The notes below the pieces were generated by a model. The model was not told where the DNA came from, made no database searches, and was given only the letters and a program-made list of their open reading frames with translations. A stretch of DNA of 64,000 bases from Chthonomonadales bacterium (GTDB lineage: Bacteria > Armatimonadota > Chthonomonadetes > Chthonomonadales > CAJBBX01): positions 9,131 through 73,130 of the forward strand of contig DATIKM010000012.1 of assembly GCA_035477595.1 (NCBI GenBank). Reading direction: 5' to 3'. Within the stretch, counting starts at the first letter, position 1; the number at the start of each line of letters is the position of its first letter. Below are positions 1 to 8,896 of the stretch, piece after piece. Position numbers and translations under genes: made by a program.

Positions 1-278
1 GCGATCCCGAGATCCTGGGAGTGGCGCGCTTCGGCAAGATTCACGGCACGAACGACGCTGAGTTCTCGATGCTCGTGGGCGACCGCTGGCAGGGGCTCGG
101 TCTCGGCACGGAGCTACTGAGCAAGCTCATCGAGATTGGGCGGGACGAGAAGGTGGCCCGGATCATCGCCGACATCCTGCCCGAGAACTACGTGATGCAG
201 CACGTGTGCGAGAAGCTGGGCTTCAAGCTGGAGCGGACGATGGGCGCCGACATGGTGAAGGCGGCGGTCGTCCTGTAG
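1..278 (+). CDS. 3' end (C-terminal GNAT domain) of a Pat-like protein acetyltransferase / acetyl-CoA synthetase (ADP-forming)-GNAT fusion; 5' end lies outside the window
   Basis: The frame is open from the window edge. The translation ...FGKIHGTNDAEFSMLVGDRWQGLGLGTELLSKLIEIGRDEKVARIIADILPENYVMQHVCEKLGFKLE shows the GNAT acetyl-CoA motif (Q/RxxGxG/A) and the typical C-terminal GF-x-x-E. Confidence 0.7.
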   Translation, partial: DPEILGVARFGKIHGTNDAEFSMLVGDRWQGLGLGTELLSKLIEIGRDEKVARIIADILPENYVMQHVCEKLGFKLERTMGADMVKAAVVL

Positions 279-658
279 AGCCTGCGCAAGCGGCTGGCGA
301 ACACAACCCGCTGTGGCTGGCCTCCTCCGGGCGCGCCACGTGCGAAGCGCCTGCATGTGCGGTGACCAGGTGGACCGGGTGACTTCGACCACCTGCCGCT
401 CGTTCGGCGAGGAGAAGACCCCGCCAACCGTCTCCGAATCTCTGCTTCGAGCGGCTGCCGGGGGAGCATGTCCACACGCGCTGGATCACGCAGGAGCGCA
501 GACCTGTTCCGCTCGCGGCAGGCGCGTGCGGCGCCGATGCGTGCTCGCCGTGCGCGTCCAGATGCTGGAGGCTCATCGGCGTCCCGCCTTCGAGAGGCAG
601 GAGATGCGCTCCCAGGGGGCGCCGCTCGCGTAGGCGGAGGAAACGGAGGGCTGATGGG

Positions 659-691
659 CTGCCGGCGGAGCCTGCGCAGCTCCGCCGGCAG
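659..691. terminator. Perfect 13-bp GC-rich hairpin (CTGCCGGCGGAGC-ctgcgca-GCTCCGCCGGCAG) between convergent genes; candidate intrinsic, possibly bidirectional, terminator
   Basis: I verified the inverted repeat base by base. It sits 15 nt beyond the stop of the minus-strand gene 706..1587. There is no U-tract, which is common in high-GC genomes. Confidence 0.4.
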
Positions 692-705
692 AGCGTAGGC
701 AGCGC

Positions 706-1587
706 CTACCTGTAGCGGGCCAGCAGCCTCTCGAAGTTGCGCAGACACTTCTCCACGCACTCCAGCGGCGGGAACGCGTGGCTCTCCATCTCGATGATGT
801 ACCACTGCGTCCGGCCGGTCCGCCGCAGGAGCGGCAGCACCTCCGACCAGCGTACATCGCCCTCGCCGATCAGCGCCCTGGGGTTCGTGGCCGAGAACTC
901 CTTGATGTGCACCGTCAGGGCGCGCCCGGGATACCTCCGCAGGAACGGCATCGCCTGGGCGCCCCCGGCGAGCGCGTTGCCGGTGTCAAACTGCATCACG
1001 ACGCGCCGGGGCGTGTTGCTGAAGAACGTGTCCCAGGGCAACTCTCCGTCCAGCGGCCTGAACTCCTCGCTGTGGTTGTGGTAACCCACGTACATGCCGT
1101 GCGGCTCGAGCCTGCGGGAGATCTCCGTAAAGAGGCGCGCCGTCTCCAGCCACGCCTGCCGGGTGGCCGTCCGCTCGCGCGGGAGTCCCGGCACAATGAG
1201 GAAGCGGTTGCCAAGAGTCCTGTTGAACGCGATGGTGCCCTCGAGGTTGTCGCCGAGCAGCGACTCGAGGCTGACGTGCGATCCGCAGGCCACGAGGTTG
1301 TTCTCGTCCAGCAGCCTGCGGAGCTCCTCTGCGGACCGTCCGTGGTACCCGGCGAACTCGACGCCCTGGTACCCCATGCGGGCCACTGCGCGCAGGACAC
1401 CCGGCAGGTCCCTGGCGCACTCGTCGCGAACGGAGTAGAGCTGCAGCCCGATCCGCGGGCGGTTGCGCGTCTCGCGCCCCTGCGCGGACGCCAACACGGG
1501 CGCCAGCACGGCGGCGGCGAGACCCGAGAGCAGGAGAAACCTCATCGCGAAGCGCATGGTGCGTTGCACCACCTTTCCGGCCGCCAT
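706..1587 (-). CDS. Secreted sugar phosphate isomerase/epimerase (xylose-isomerase-like TIM barrel)
   Basis: There is an N-terminal signal peptide (MRFLLLSGLAAAVLAPVLASAQG). The motif IGLQLYSVRD...MGYQGVEFAG...GYHNHSEEF is typical of the AP_endonuc_2 / xylose-isomerase-like fold. The start is uncertain and Met11 or Met15 are possible. Confidence 0.8.
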   Translation of the reverse strand: MAAGKVVQRTMRFAMRFLLLSGLAAAVLAPVLASAQGRETRNRPRIGLQLYSVRDECARDLPGVLRAVARMGYQGVEFAGYHGRSAEELRRLLDENNLVACGSHVSLESLLGDNLEGTIAFNRTLGNRFLIVPGLPRERTATRQAWLETARLFTEISRRLEPHGMYVGYHNHSEEFRPLDGELPWDTFFSNTPRRVVMQFDTGNALAGGAQAMPFLRRYPGRALTVHIKEFSATNPRALIGEGDVRWSEVLPLLRRTGRTQWYIIEMESHAFPPLECVEKCLRNFERLLARYR

Positions 1588-1700
1588 GCACCCGTGTGGG
1601 CCAGGGGCCTGTGACGCGCGGGTAGTTCGAGACCGAAGGCCGCCGGACCTGCGCCAGATGCGAAGCGTCCACGCGCTTGGCAGAGCGGGAGCGATGGTCG

Positions 1701-3089
1701 ATGCCTGAACAGCGCTACATCACGCTGTCTGAGCTTGCCCAGGCCATCCGGGGCGCCGTGCGCGAGCGGTTCGGCGAGGCCGTGTGGCTGCTCGCCGAAA
1801 TCGCCTCCGTGCAGGTGTCGCGCGCCGGCCACGTGTATATCGACCTGGTTGAGAAGGACCGGGAGACCGTGCTCGCCGACATGAAGGCCGTTGTCTGGTC
1901 ACGCTCGGCCAGAATCCTGGACGAGTTCGAGGCCGCCACGGGCAAGCCGCTCACGGCGGGAATGCAGGTGCTGATGGCAGCGCGCCCGGACTTCCACGAG
2001 CGCTACGGGCTGAAGCTGTTCATCGAGGCGATCAACGCGGAGTTCACGCTGGGCCAGATGGCGCTCAGCAGGCGCGAGGTGATCGAGCGACTTCGCGCGG
2101 AGGACCTCTGGGAAGCGAACAAGCGCCTCGAGATGCCGCGGGCTCCGCAGCGGCTCGCCGTGGTCTCGTCGGAGCACGCAGCCGGCCTGCAGGACTTCCT
2201 GCACCAGCTCGCCACCAACGACGAGGGGGTGACCTTCCGGCCAGAGCTGTTCGCCGCCGCGATGCAGGGCGACACGGCGGAGGCCTCCATCGTCGAAGCC
2301 TTCGCGCGGATCGCCCGCGTGGCCAGGCGCTACGACGTCGCCGTGCTCCTGCGCGGCGGCGGCTCCCAGGTGGACCTGAGCTGCTTCGACACGTACGGAG
2401 TCGCGGCCGCCGTGGCGCGCTGCCCGATCCCCGTGATCACCGGGATCGGACACGAGCGAGACGAGTCGGTCGCCGATATGGTGGCGCACACGCGCATGAA
2501 GACGCCCACCGCCGCCGCCGAGTACCTGATCGGGCGCGTGGGCGCGTTCGCCGACGCGATCGAGGACCTGTGGCGGAGAGCCGTCGGCGGTGCGTCCGAC
2601 ACCCTGGGGTCGGCACGGCAGGGCCTGGACAGCGCGTGCGAGCGGCTGGCGAGCGCGGCGCGGGGGCATACGGGCGTGGCCTCGCGCGGCCTGGAGGATG
2701 CGGCACGCCGGCTGGCTGGATCGGCGCGGGACGCGCTCCGGGACCGGAGCGGCGCACTCCGAGAGGCCGCGCACGGGCTCCGCTACGGTGCGCTGCGGCG
2801 CACGGTGGTCTGGGAAGGGCGTGTGGATCATCTTGCGGCGCGCCTTCGTTTGGCGGCGTTGAGGGGGCTCGCCCTCACCGCCGAACGCCTCGAGGCAGCG
2901 GGGCGCCGGGTGGGCGACCTGGACCCGGCGGCGGTGCTGCGGCGCGGGTACACCATCACACGCATCGGAGGACGCGCCGTCACGCGCGCGGGGGACGTGC
3001 GCCCCGGCGACGAGATCGAGACGGTGCTGCACGAGGGCCGGCTCCGCAGCACGGTAACCGGCACGGAAGGAGCGGGCGATGCGCGGTGA
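1701..3089 (+). CDS. xseA: Exodeoxyribonuclease VII large subunit
   Basis: The N-terminal OB-fold signature is present (YITLSELAQAIRGAVRERFGEAVWLLAEIASVQVSRAGHVYIDLVEKD), followed by the catalytic core GGGSQVDL and a coiled-coil C-terminus. I chose the ATG at 1701, preceded by GGGAG. The ORF is open from 1677. Confidence 0.9.
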   Translation: MPEQRYITLSELAQAIRGAVRERFGEAVWLLAEIASVQVSRAGHVYIDLVEKDRETVLADMKAVVWSRSARILDEFEAATGKPLTAGMQVLMAARPDFHERYGLKLFIEAINAEFTLGQMALSRREVIERLRAEDLWEANKRLEMPRAPQRLAVVSSEHAAGLQDFLHQLATNDEGVTFRPELFAAAMQGDTAEASIVEAFARIARVARRYDVAVLLRGGGSQVDLSCFDTYGVAAAVARCPIPVITGIGHERDESVADMVAHTRMKTPTAAAEYLIGRVGAFADAIEDLWRRAVGGASDTLGSARQGLDSACERLASAARGHTGVASRGLEDAARRLAGSARDALRDRSGALREAAHGLRYGALRRTVVWEGRVDHLAARLRLAALRGLALTAERLEAAGRRVGDLDPAAVLRRGYTITRIGGRAVTRAGDVRPGDEIETVLHEGRLRSTVTGTEGAGDAR

Positions 3090-3456
3090 GTTGACCTACA
3101 GCCAGGCCTTCGCGCGGCTGGAGGAGATCGTGGCGGAGATCGAGGCCGGCGAGGTCGACGTCGACCGCCTCGCGGCGCGCGTGAAGGAGGCATCCGAACT
3201 GATCCGCAAGTGCCGCGCGCGGCTGGCCGGCGCCGAGGAAGAGGTGGGCAAGGTGCTCGCCGCGATGGAAGAGATCGCGGAGACGCCGGCAGGCGCGACC
3301 GCAGCCGCCCCTCCCGCGCCAGCGACCGCCCGGCGGTCCCGATCGCCCCGGAACGCCGAGCCCGCCGAGCCGGCCCCGGCGGCGGCGCCGGCGGCGGCAG
3401 GGCCCCAGCCCTCGCTCCTTGAGGACGACGACTTCGACCCGTTTGCGGATCGGTAG
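3079..3456 (+). CDS. xseB: Exodeoxyribonuclease VII small subunit with a long Ala/Pro-rich acidic-tipped C-terminal extension
   Basis: The sequence LTYSQAFARLEEIVAEIEAGEVDVDRLAARVKEASELIRKCRARL matches the XseB helical hairpin. The gene overlaps the xseA stop by 11 nt. Confidence 0.85.
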   Translation: MRGELTYSQAFARLEEIVAEIEAGEVDVDRLAARVKEASELIRKCRARLAGAEEEVGKVLAAMEEIAETPAGATAAAPPAPATARRSRSPRNAEPAEPAPAAAPAAAGPQPSLLEDDDFDPFADR

Positions 3457-3464
3457 ATCGGCAC

Positions 3465-4688
3465 ATGGGGAGACGACGCGCCGTTGACCTGCAGGCCATC
3501 CGGGTTGAGCTGCGATGCATCCTGCGCGCCGGCGCGGCCGACGCGGGCTCTCCCTCCTCGCGCGAACGGCGCCTGAAGCGGTTCCGCGAGTCATTCGAGG
3601 AAGCGATCGCCGGCGCCGGCGCGGCGCTCACCCATCCTGTCGCGCGCGGCCTGTTGGCGACATTCCCCGACCCGATCGCGGCGGCGCACTGCGTGACCGG
3701 GGCCCGCACTGCCCTGGCGGACGACGAGGCCTGCGGAGCGCTCGACGTGTCGGCGGCGCTCCACATCGGCACCGTCGGCATTGCGCCCGATGGCACGCTC
3801 GTTGGGGCCGATGCAGGGCTCGCCGACCGGCTGCTGCAGGCCGCCGAGCTCGGTCAGACCCTCGTGTCGGAGGCTTACGCGGCGCAGGTTCGCCCGCTCC
3901 TGCCCGAGGGGATGGCGCTCGCGGACGCCGGCGAGCGCACGCTCGCAGGGCTGGAGCGGCCGCTACGCGTCTACCGCCTCACCGCGCCAGGCCTGCGACA
4001 CACCGCGGACGCCCGCCACGAGGGCGAGCCGGCTCCGGAGCGGATTCGCGTGATGGTGGCCGACGACGAGGCGCTCTTCCGCGGCGCCCTCGCTCGCCTG
4101 CTCCAGCTTGAGCCGGACATTGTGCTCGTGGGCACGGCGCCTAACGGGCAGATCGCGGTCGAGCTCGCCACCGCCGAGAGACCCGACGTCGTCCTGATGG
4201 ACCTCGACATGCCGCGCCTCGACGGCATCGAGGCGACCCGGCGCATCCGCGAAGCGATGCCGGCCACGCAGGTTGTCATCCTCACAAAGTTCGGCGACGA
4301 CGAGAACGTCTTCCGCGCGCTCAAGGTTGGCGCCGCTGGCTACGTGCTGAAGGACGCCGACCTCGATCAGCTCTGCGAATCGGTGCGCGCGGCGCACCGC
4401 GGTGAGGGCTACCTCAGCCCCGCGCTCGTGACACGCGTGGTTCGCGAGTTCGCCAGCATGGCCCGCATCGGCCAGCAGAGCCGCGCCCTCCTCGCCGAGC
4501 TGAGTAAGCGCGAGCTGGAGGTTCTCGAGCTCGTCGGACGGGGGTTGCGCAACCGCGAGATCGCCGCCAAGCTCTACGTGGCCGAGAGGACGGTCAAGAA
4601 CCACGTCTCCAACATCCTTGCGAAGCTCCAGGTGAACGACCGCACGGCAGCGGCCATCGTCGCGCAGCGGCACGGCCTCGCCCGCTGA
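3465..4688 (+). CDS. NarL/FixJ-type response regulator (REC + LuxR HTH) with an N-terminal degenerate class III nucleotidyl-cyclase-like domain
   Basis: The REC domain reads RVMVADDE...DVVLMDLDMPRLDG...ILTKF...YVLKD. The LuxR HTH reads LSKRELEVLELVGRGLRNREIAAKLYVAERTVKNHVSNILAKLQV. For the N-terminal ~190 aa see the findings. Confidence 0.85.
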   Translation: MGRRRAVDLQAIRVELRCILRAGAADAGSPSSRERRLKRFRESFEEAIAGAGAALTHPVARGLLATFPDPIAAAHCVTGARTALADDEACGALDVSAALHIGTVGIAPDGTLVGADAGLADRLLQAAELGQTLVSEAYAAQVRPLLPEGMALADAGERTLAGLERPLRVYRLTAPGLRHTADARHEGEPAPERIRVMVADDEALFRGALARLLQLEPDIVLVGTAPNGQIAVELATAERPDVVLMDLDMPRLDGIEATRRIREAMPATQVVILTKFGDDENVFRALKVGAAGYVLKDADLDQLCESVRAAHRGEGYLSPALVTRVVREFASMARIGQQSRALLAELSKRELEVLELVGRGLRNREIAAKLYVAERTVKNHVSNILAKLQVNDRTAAAIVAQRHGLAR

Positions 4689-4833
4689 GCCGCGCTACGG
4701 CGGCCGCGGCCATGCGGCCGACCAGAGGCACAGTCGCCGGGGCTGGCGCCCCGCACACCAGCATCGGTTCGCGTGCATCGCGGGAAGCGCGATGCGGATC
4801 GGGAAGAAGGCCGGCATCGCCAGCATCCACCGC

Positions 4834-5553
4834 ATGATTCCACCTCCCCCGCCCGACAGCGCGCCGCGCCTCGTGCTGGCCTCCGCCTCCCCGCGGCGTC
4901 ACGAGCTGCTTGGCATGCTGGGCCTCCCCTTCACCGTGGAGACGAGCGCGGTCGACGAGGACGACGCAGATGACGGCGATCCCGCCGCGCTGGCCATCGC
5001 GTTGGCCGAGCGCAAGGCCGCCGACGTGGCGGCCCGCCTTGCGGACGGCCGCGTGGTCGCGCTCGGCGCCGACACGGTCGTGGTGCACGACCCCTGGGGC
5101 GCTCCGCAGGCGCTCGCCAAGCCCGCCGGCGCAGCGGACGCGCGGCGCATGCTGCGGCTGCTCTCCGGCGCGGTCCACGTCGTCTGCACGGGCGCCGCCG
5201 TGGCGTGGCTGACGGCAGGCCACCCCTACGTGCGCCTGCGTTCCGCGCTCTCCGTGACGGAGGTCGCCTTCCGCTCCCTCTCCGACGAGGAGATCGCCGC
5301 CTACGCCGCGACGGGCGAGCCGGCCGACAAGGCAGGCGCCTACGCCATCCAGGGCGGCGCAGCGGCGTTCGTCACGGGCATCCGGGGCGACTACTGGAAC
5401 GTCATCGGGCTGGGGCTCGCGGATGCGCGCCGGCTGCTGCTGCCATGGTTTCCCGCCGTGGGCGCTCCGCCGGCCCTTCCGCCGCTGCCTTTCGCCGTGA
5501 GCTCAGGGCCCGCGCGGCCTCCTCGCTCCCTCCGCGATCCGCGCGGAACGTGA
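4834..5553 (+). CDS. maf: Maf-family nucleoside triphosphate pyrophosphatase (septum formation protein Maf) with a Pro-rich C-terminal tail
   Basis: Maf motifs are present ([21 protein letters not shown]...[12 protein letters not shown]). I chose the ATG at 4834. The ORF is open from 4792. Confidence 0.85.
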   Translation: MIPPPPPDSAPRLVLASASPRRHELLGMLGLPFTVETSAVDEDDADDGDPAALAIALAERKAADVAARLADGRVVALGADTVVVHDPWGAPQALAKPAGAADARRMLRLLSGAVHVVCTGAAVAWLTAGHPYVRLRSALSVTEVAFRSLSDEEIAAYAATGEPADKAGAYAIQGGAAAFVTGIRGDYWNVIGLGLADARRLLLPWFPAVGAPPALPPLPFAVSSGPARPPRSLRDPRGT

Positions 5554-5590
5554 GCCCGGGACGGCGCTCGCCAGCAGGCGCACCCGCGCG

Positions 5591-5620
5591 TTGCCGGGCT
5601 GCTGCGGGGTCAGGTATACT
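5591..5620 (+). promoter_or_regulatory. Candidate sigma70-type promoter of the rpsB operon (TTGCCG-18 nt-TATACT), followed by a ~110-nt leader
   Basis: The hexamers were read directly at 5591-5596 and 5615-5620. This is an AT-rich -10 element in an otherwise GC-rich spacer upstream of rpsB. Confidence 0.35.
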
Positions 5621-5732
5621 TCTCCGGCCATTGTGCCAGAACGCACCGGCGTGGAGGCGAGGCCGGGTCTTCGCGGTAAGCGAAGTGGCCCGCCGGGGAA
5701 GCGCCGGGAGGAACAACCAGGAGGACGTAACC

Positions 5733-6617
5733 ATGGCATCCCTCTCGATGAAGGAGCTCCTCGAAGCAGGAGTTCACTTCGGTCATCAGACCCGCCGCTG
5801 GAACCCCAAGATGAAGCGATACATCTACGGGGCGCGCAACGGCATCTACATCATTGACCTCCACCAGACCCTCAAGCTCTTCGACGAGGCGCAGCGGTTC
5901 ATCCAGCAGACCATAACCGACGGCGGCAACGTGCTCTTCGTCGGCACCAAGAAGCAGGCGCAGGACGCCGTCCAGGAGAACGCCCGCCGCTGCCGGCAGT
6001 TCTTCGTGAACCAGCGCTGGCTGGGCGGCATGCTGACGAACCACCGCACCATCCAGACCCGCGTTCAGCGCCTCGCCCGCCTGCGGACCATGGAGGCCGA
6101 CGGCACCCTCGACAAGCTCACCAAGAAGGAAGCGAAGGGGCTGCTGGAGGAGGCCGCCAAGCTCGAGCGCTACCTGGGCGGAATCAAGGAGCTGCCGCGC
6201 CTGCCCGAAGCCATCGTCGTGGTGGACGTCCGCAGGGAGCACATCGCGGTCGCCGAGGCGCGCAAGCTGGAGATCCCAGTCGTTGCCATCGTAGACACGA
6301 ACTGCGACCCTGACCTCGTGGACTACGTGATCCCCGGCAACGACGACGCCATCCGCGCCATCAAGCTGATCACTGGCAAGATCGCGGACGCGATCATCGA
6401 TGTGAAGCAGGAGGAGTGGGATCGTGCGGAAGCTGCCGCACTGGCCAGGGCGGAGGGCGTAGAGGAAGTAAGCGAGGAGGCCGTCGCCGCCCCCGTGGAG
6501 CCGTCCGACACCGTGTACCTGGGCGACGAAGAGGACGAGTACGCTCAGATGTACCAGCGCATCAGCGGCGATGAGGGCGCGCCCAGTCCGCCCGGCGCTG
6601 TCGCCGACGAAGTCTAG
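5733..6617 (+). CDS. rpsB: 30S ribosomal protein S2
   Basis: The translation is [46 protein letters not shown]. An RBS (AGGAGGA) lies 6-12 nt upstream of the ATG at 5733. Confidence 0.97.
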   Translation: MASLSMKELLEAGVHFGHQTRRWNPKMKRYIYGARNGIYIIDLHQTLKLFDEAQRFIQQTITDGGNVLFVGTKKQAQDAVQENARRCRQFFVNQRWLGGMLTNHRTIQTRVQRLARLRTMEADGTLDKLTKKEAKGLLEEAAKLERYLGGIKELPRLPEAIVVVDVRREHIAVAEARKLEIPVVAIVDTNCDPDLVDYVIPGNDDAIRAIKLITGKIADAIIDVKQEEWDRAEAAALARAEGVEEVSEEAVAAPVEPSDTVYLGDEEDEYAQMYQRISGDEGAPSPPGAVADEV

Positions 6618-6727
6618 ACGGTCCCCGGCGCACGACCGCTTCCGCGGCCGTGCGCGGTCACCCAACCGCCGCCCGCACCCGACTCCGCAGAGAACGGATG
6701 CGGGCGCGGTCCTGACAGGAGCAACCC

Positions 6728-7555
6728 ATGCAGATCACCGCCCAGATGGTCAGCCACCTGCGCGAGCAGACGGGCGCCGGCATGATGGAGTGCAAGAAAG
6801 CCCTCACGGAGGCTGGCGGCGACGCTGAGCGCGCGCGCGACATCCTCCGCAGCAAGGGGAAGGCTGGCGCGGAGAAGCGCGCCGGGCGAACGGCAGCCGA
6901 GGGCGTGGTCGCACTCGCCTCAACGGACGCCGCCACGGCGCTCGTCGAGCTGAACTCGGAGACCGACTTCGTGGCGCGCAACGAGGGCTTCCGCGCGCTT
7001 GCGGCAGCGCTCGCCGAGGCTGCAGCCAGCGCGGACGCCGACACGCCCGACGCGCTCCTCGCAGCTCGACCGGATCTGCGCATCCGCCTGGATGACACGC
7101 TCGCCAAGCTGCGCGAGAACATCGTGTTCCGCCGCATGAAGCGCATCGCCGCCTCGCCAGACACGGCCGTGGGCGCCTACGTGCACACGCTGACCAGCAA
7201 GACGGCCGCGCTCGTCGAGCTGGGCGGCGTATCGGGACCCGAGGCGATCGATCTGGCGCGGCAGATCGCGATGCACGTGGCGGCGGCGAAGCCCCGCTAC
7301 GCCGTGCGCCAGGAGGTGCCCGCCGACGTGCTGGAACGCGAGCGCCAGGTTCTGGCGGAGCTCACCCGCAATGAGGGGAAGCCCGAGGCTGCGATCCCCA
7401 AGATCGTGGAGGGAAGGCTGAACAAGTTCTACGCAACGGTGTGCCTCGCGGACCAGCCCTACGTGCGCGACCCCGCGATGAAGGTCGCCGACCTACTGAA
7501 GGCGACCGGCGCCACGCTCCGCGGCTTCACGCTCTACGTGGTCGGGCAGGAGTAG
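6728..7555 (+). CDS. tsf: Translation elongation factor Ts
   Basis: The N-terminal UBA-like motif is present (MVSHLREQTGAGMMECKKALTEAGGDAERARDILRSKG) and the gene follows rpsB in the conserved order. Confidence 0.97.
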   Translation: MQITAQMVSHLREQTGAGMMECKKALTEAGGDAERARDILRSKGKAGAEKRAGRTAAEGVVALASTDAATALVELNSETDFVARNEGFRALAAALAEAAASADADTPDALLAARPDLRIRLDDTLAKLRENIVFRRMKRIAASPDTAVGAYVHTLTSKTAALVELGGVSGPEAIDLARQIAMHVAAAKPRYAVRQEVPADVLERERQVLAELTRNEGKPEAAIPKIVEGRLNKFYATVCLADQPYVRDPAMKVADLLKATGATLRGFTLYVVGQE

Positions 7556-8277
7556 TGGCACAGGTCCGCTGGCCGCGCGTCATGTTGAAGCTGTCCGGCG
7601 AGGCGATGGCCGGAGGGCGCGGGCTTGGCTTCGATGTCGCCGCAATAGACGCTATCGCTCGCGAGGTGGGTGAGGCGAAGGCGACGGGGGCCGAGATCGC
7701 GATCATGGTCGGCGGCGGCAACATCATGCGGGGAGCGAGAACGGCCGAGGCGGATCGCGACCGGAGCGCCGCCGACTCGATCGGCATGCTGGCAACCGTT
7801 CAGAATGGCCTGGCGCTCCAGGAGGCCCTCGAGCGTCAGGGCCATGACACACGCCTGCAGAGCGCCATCACGATGAGTGCCGTGGCAGAGCCCTTCATCC
7901 GCCGCCGCGCGATCCGGCACCTCGAGAAGGGCCGCATCGTGATCCTGAGCGCCGGCACCGGCAACCCGTACTTCTCCACGGACACAGCCGCCGCGCTCAG
8001 GGCCCTCGAGGTGCGAGCTCAGGCCGTGCTCAAGGCCACGAACGTGGATGGGATATACGACCGCGATCCGCACAAGCATCCAGATGCGCGGCGCTACCGC
8101 CGGCTGACCTACGACCAGTGCATCGAGCAGAGGCTGGGGGTGATGGACCTGACCGCCTTCACGCTCTGCGCAGAAAACGACCTGCCCGTCGTCGTATTCG
8201 ATTTGGGAGCACCGGGGAACGTGCGACGCGCGGTCCTCGGCGAAGATGTGGGCACCGTGGTGGGGAGGGAGCCATGA
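7555..8277 (+). CDS. pyrH: UMP kinase
   Basis: PyrH motifs are present (RVMLKLSGEAMAG...IMVGGGNIMRG...SAGTGNPYFSTDTAAALRA). The GTG start at 7555 shares 1 nt with the tsf TAG stop. An alternative ATG lies at 7582. Confidence 0.95.
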   Translation: MAQVRWPRVMLKLSGEAMAGGRGLGFDVAAIDAIAREVGEAKATGAEIAIMVGGGNIMRGARTAEADRDRSAADSIGMLATVQNGLALQEALERQGHDTRLQSAITMSAVAEPFIRRRAIRHLEKGRIVILSAGTGNPYFSTDTAAALRALEVRAQAVLKATNVDGIYDRDPHKHPDARRYRRLTYDQCIEQRLGVMDLTAFTLCAENDLPVVVFDLGAPGNVRRAVLGEDVGTVVGREP

Positions 8278-8834
8278 CCATCGACGAGCTGCTTCGCGAA
8301 ACCGAGTCGAAGATGAAGAAGAGCGTGGAGGCAACGCGCCACGAGTTCACGCTCATCAGGACGGGTCGCGCCAACCCGGCCATGCTCGAGCCCATCGTTG
8401 TGACTGCCTATGGCGCCGAGATGGGGCTTGCGCAACTGGCATCGATCACTGTGCCCGATCCGCGCCAGCTTCTCATCACGCCCTTCGACAAGAACACGCT
8501 GAGCGCCATCGAGAAGGCCATCCAGAAGTCCGACCTGAACCTCACGCCGAACAGCGACGGCATCGCTATCCGCTTGAACATTCCGCCGCTGAACGAGGAG
8601 CGCCGCAAGGAGCTGACCAAGCAGCTTCACAAGAAGGCCGAGCACGGCCTCGCCGCGATCCGCAACGTGCGGCACGACTGCAACAACCACCTGCGAAACC
8701 TCACCAAGAACCGTGAGATCGGCGAGGATGACGAGAAGCGCGCGCTCGACAAGGTCCAGAAGATGACCGACCGGCACAGCGCGGAGATCGACGCCGCCGC
8801 CAAGGCGAAGGAGCGGGAGCTCCTCGAGGTCTAG
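8274..8834 (+). CDS. frr: Ribosome recycling factor
   Basis: The translation is MTIDELLRETESKMKKSVEATRHEFTLIRTGRANPAMLEPIVV. There is an ATGA start/stop overlap with pyrH. Confidence 0.97.
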   Translation: MTIDELLRETESKMKKSVEATRHEFTLIRTGRANPAMLEPIVVTAYGAEMGLAQLASITVPDPRQLLITPFDKNTLSAIEKAIQKSDLNLTPNSDGIAIRLNIPPLNEERRKELTKQLHKKAEHGLAAIRNVRHDCNNHLRNLTKNREIGEDDEKRALDKVQKMTDRHSAEIDAAAKAKERELLEV

Positions 8835-8840
8835 CCGTCT

Positions 8841-8870
8841 GCGGGCCGGCGGACCGCTCCGCCGGCCCGC
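8841..8870 (+). terminator. 13-bp GC hairpin with a 4-nt loop immediately after frr (candidate terminator or attenuator before uppS)
   Basis: The arms 8841-8853 and 8858-8870 are perfectly complementary (checked base by base), with loop CCGC. Confidence 0.45.
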
Positions 8871-8896
8871 TCAGTTCGCCGGCACCCCACACCACC

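Noticed and set aside
5205-5732. 176-codon N-terminal extension of rpsB in the ORF track
   Set aside because: The extension overlaps the maf 3' end and the promoter/leader region and is Arg-rich nonsense. The canonical S2 N-terminus ([19 protein letters not shown]), with a strong RBS, begins at 5733.
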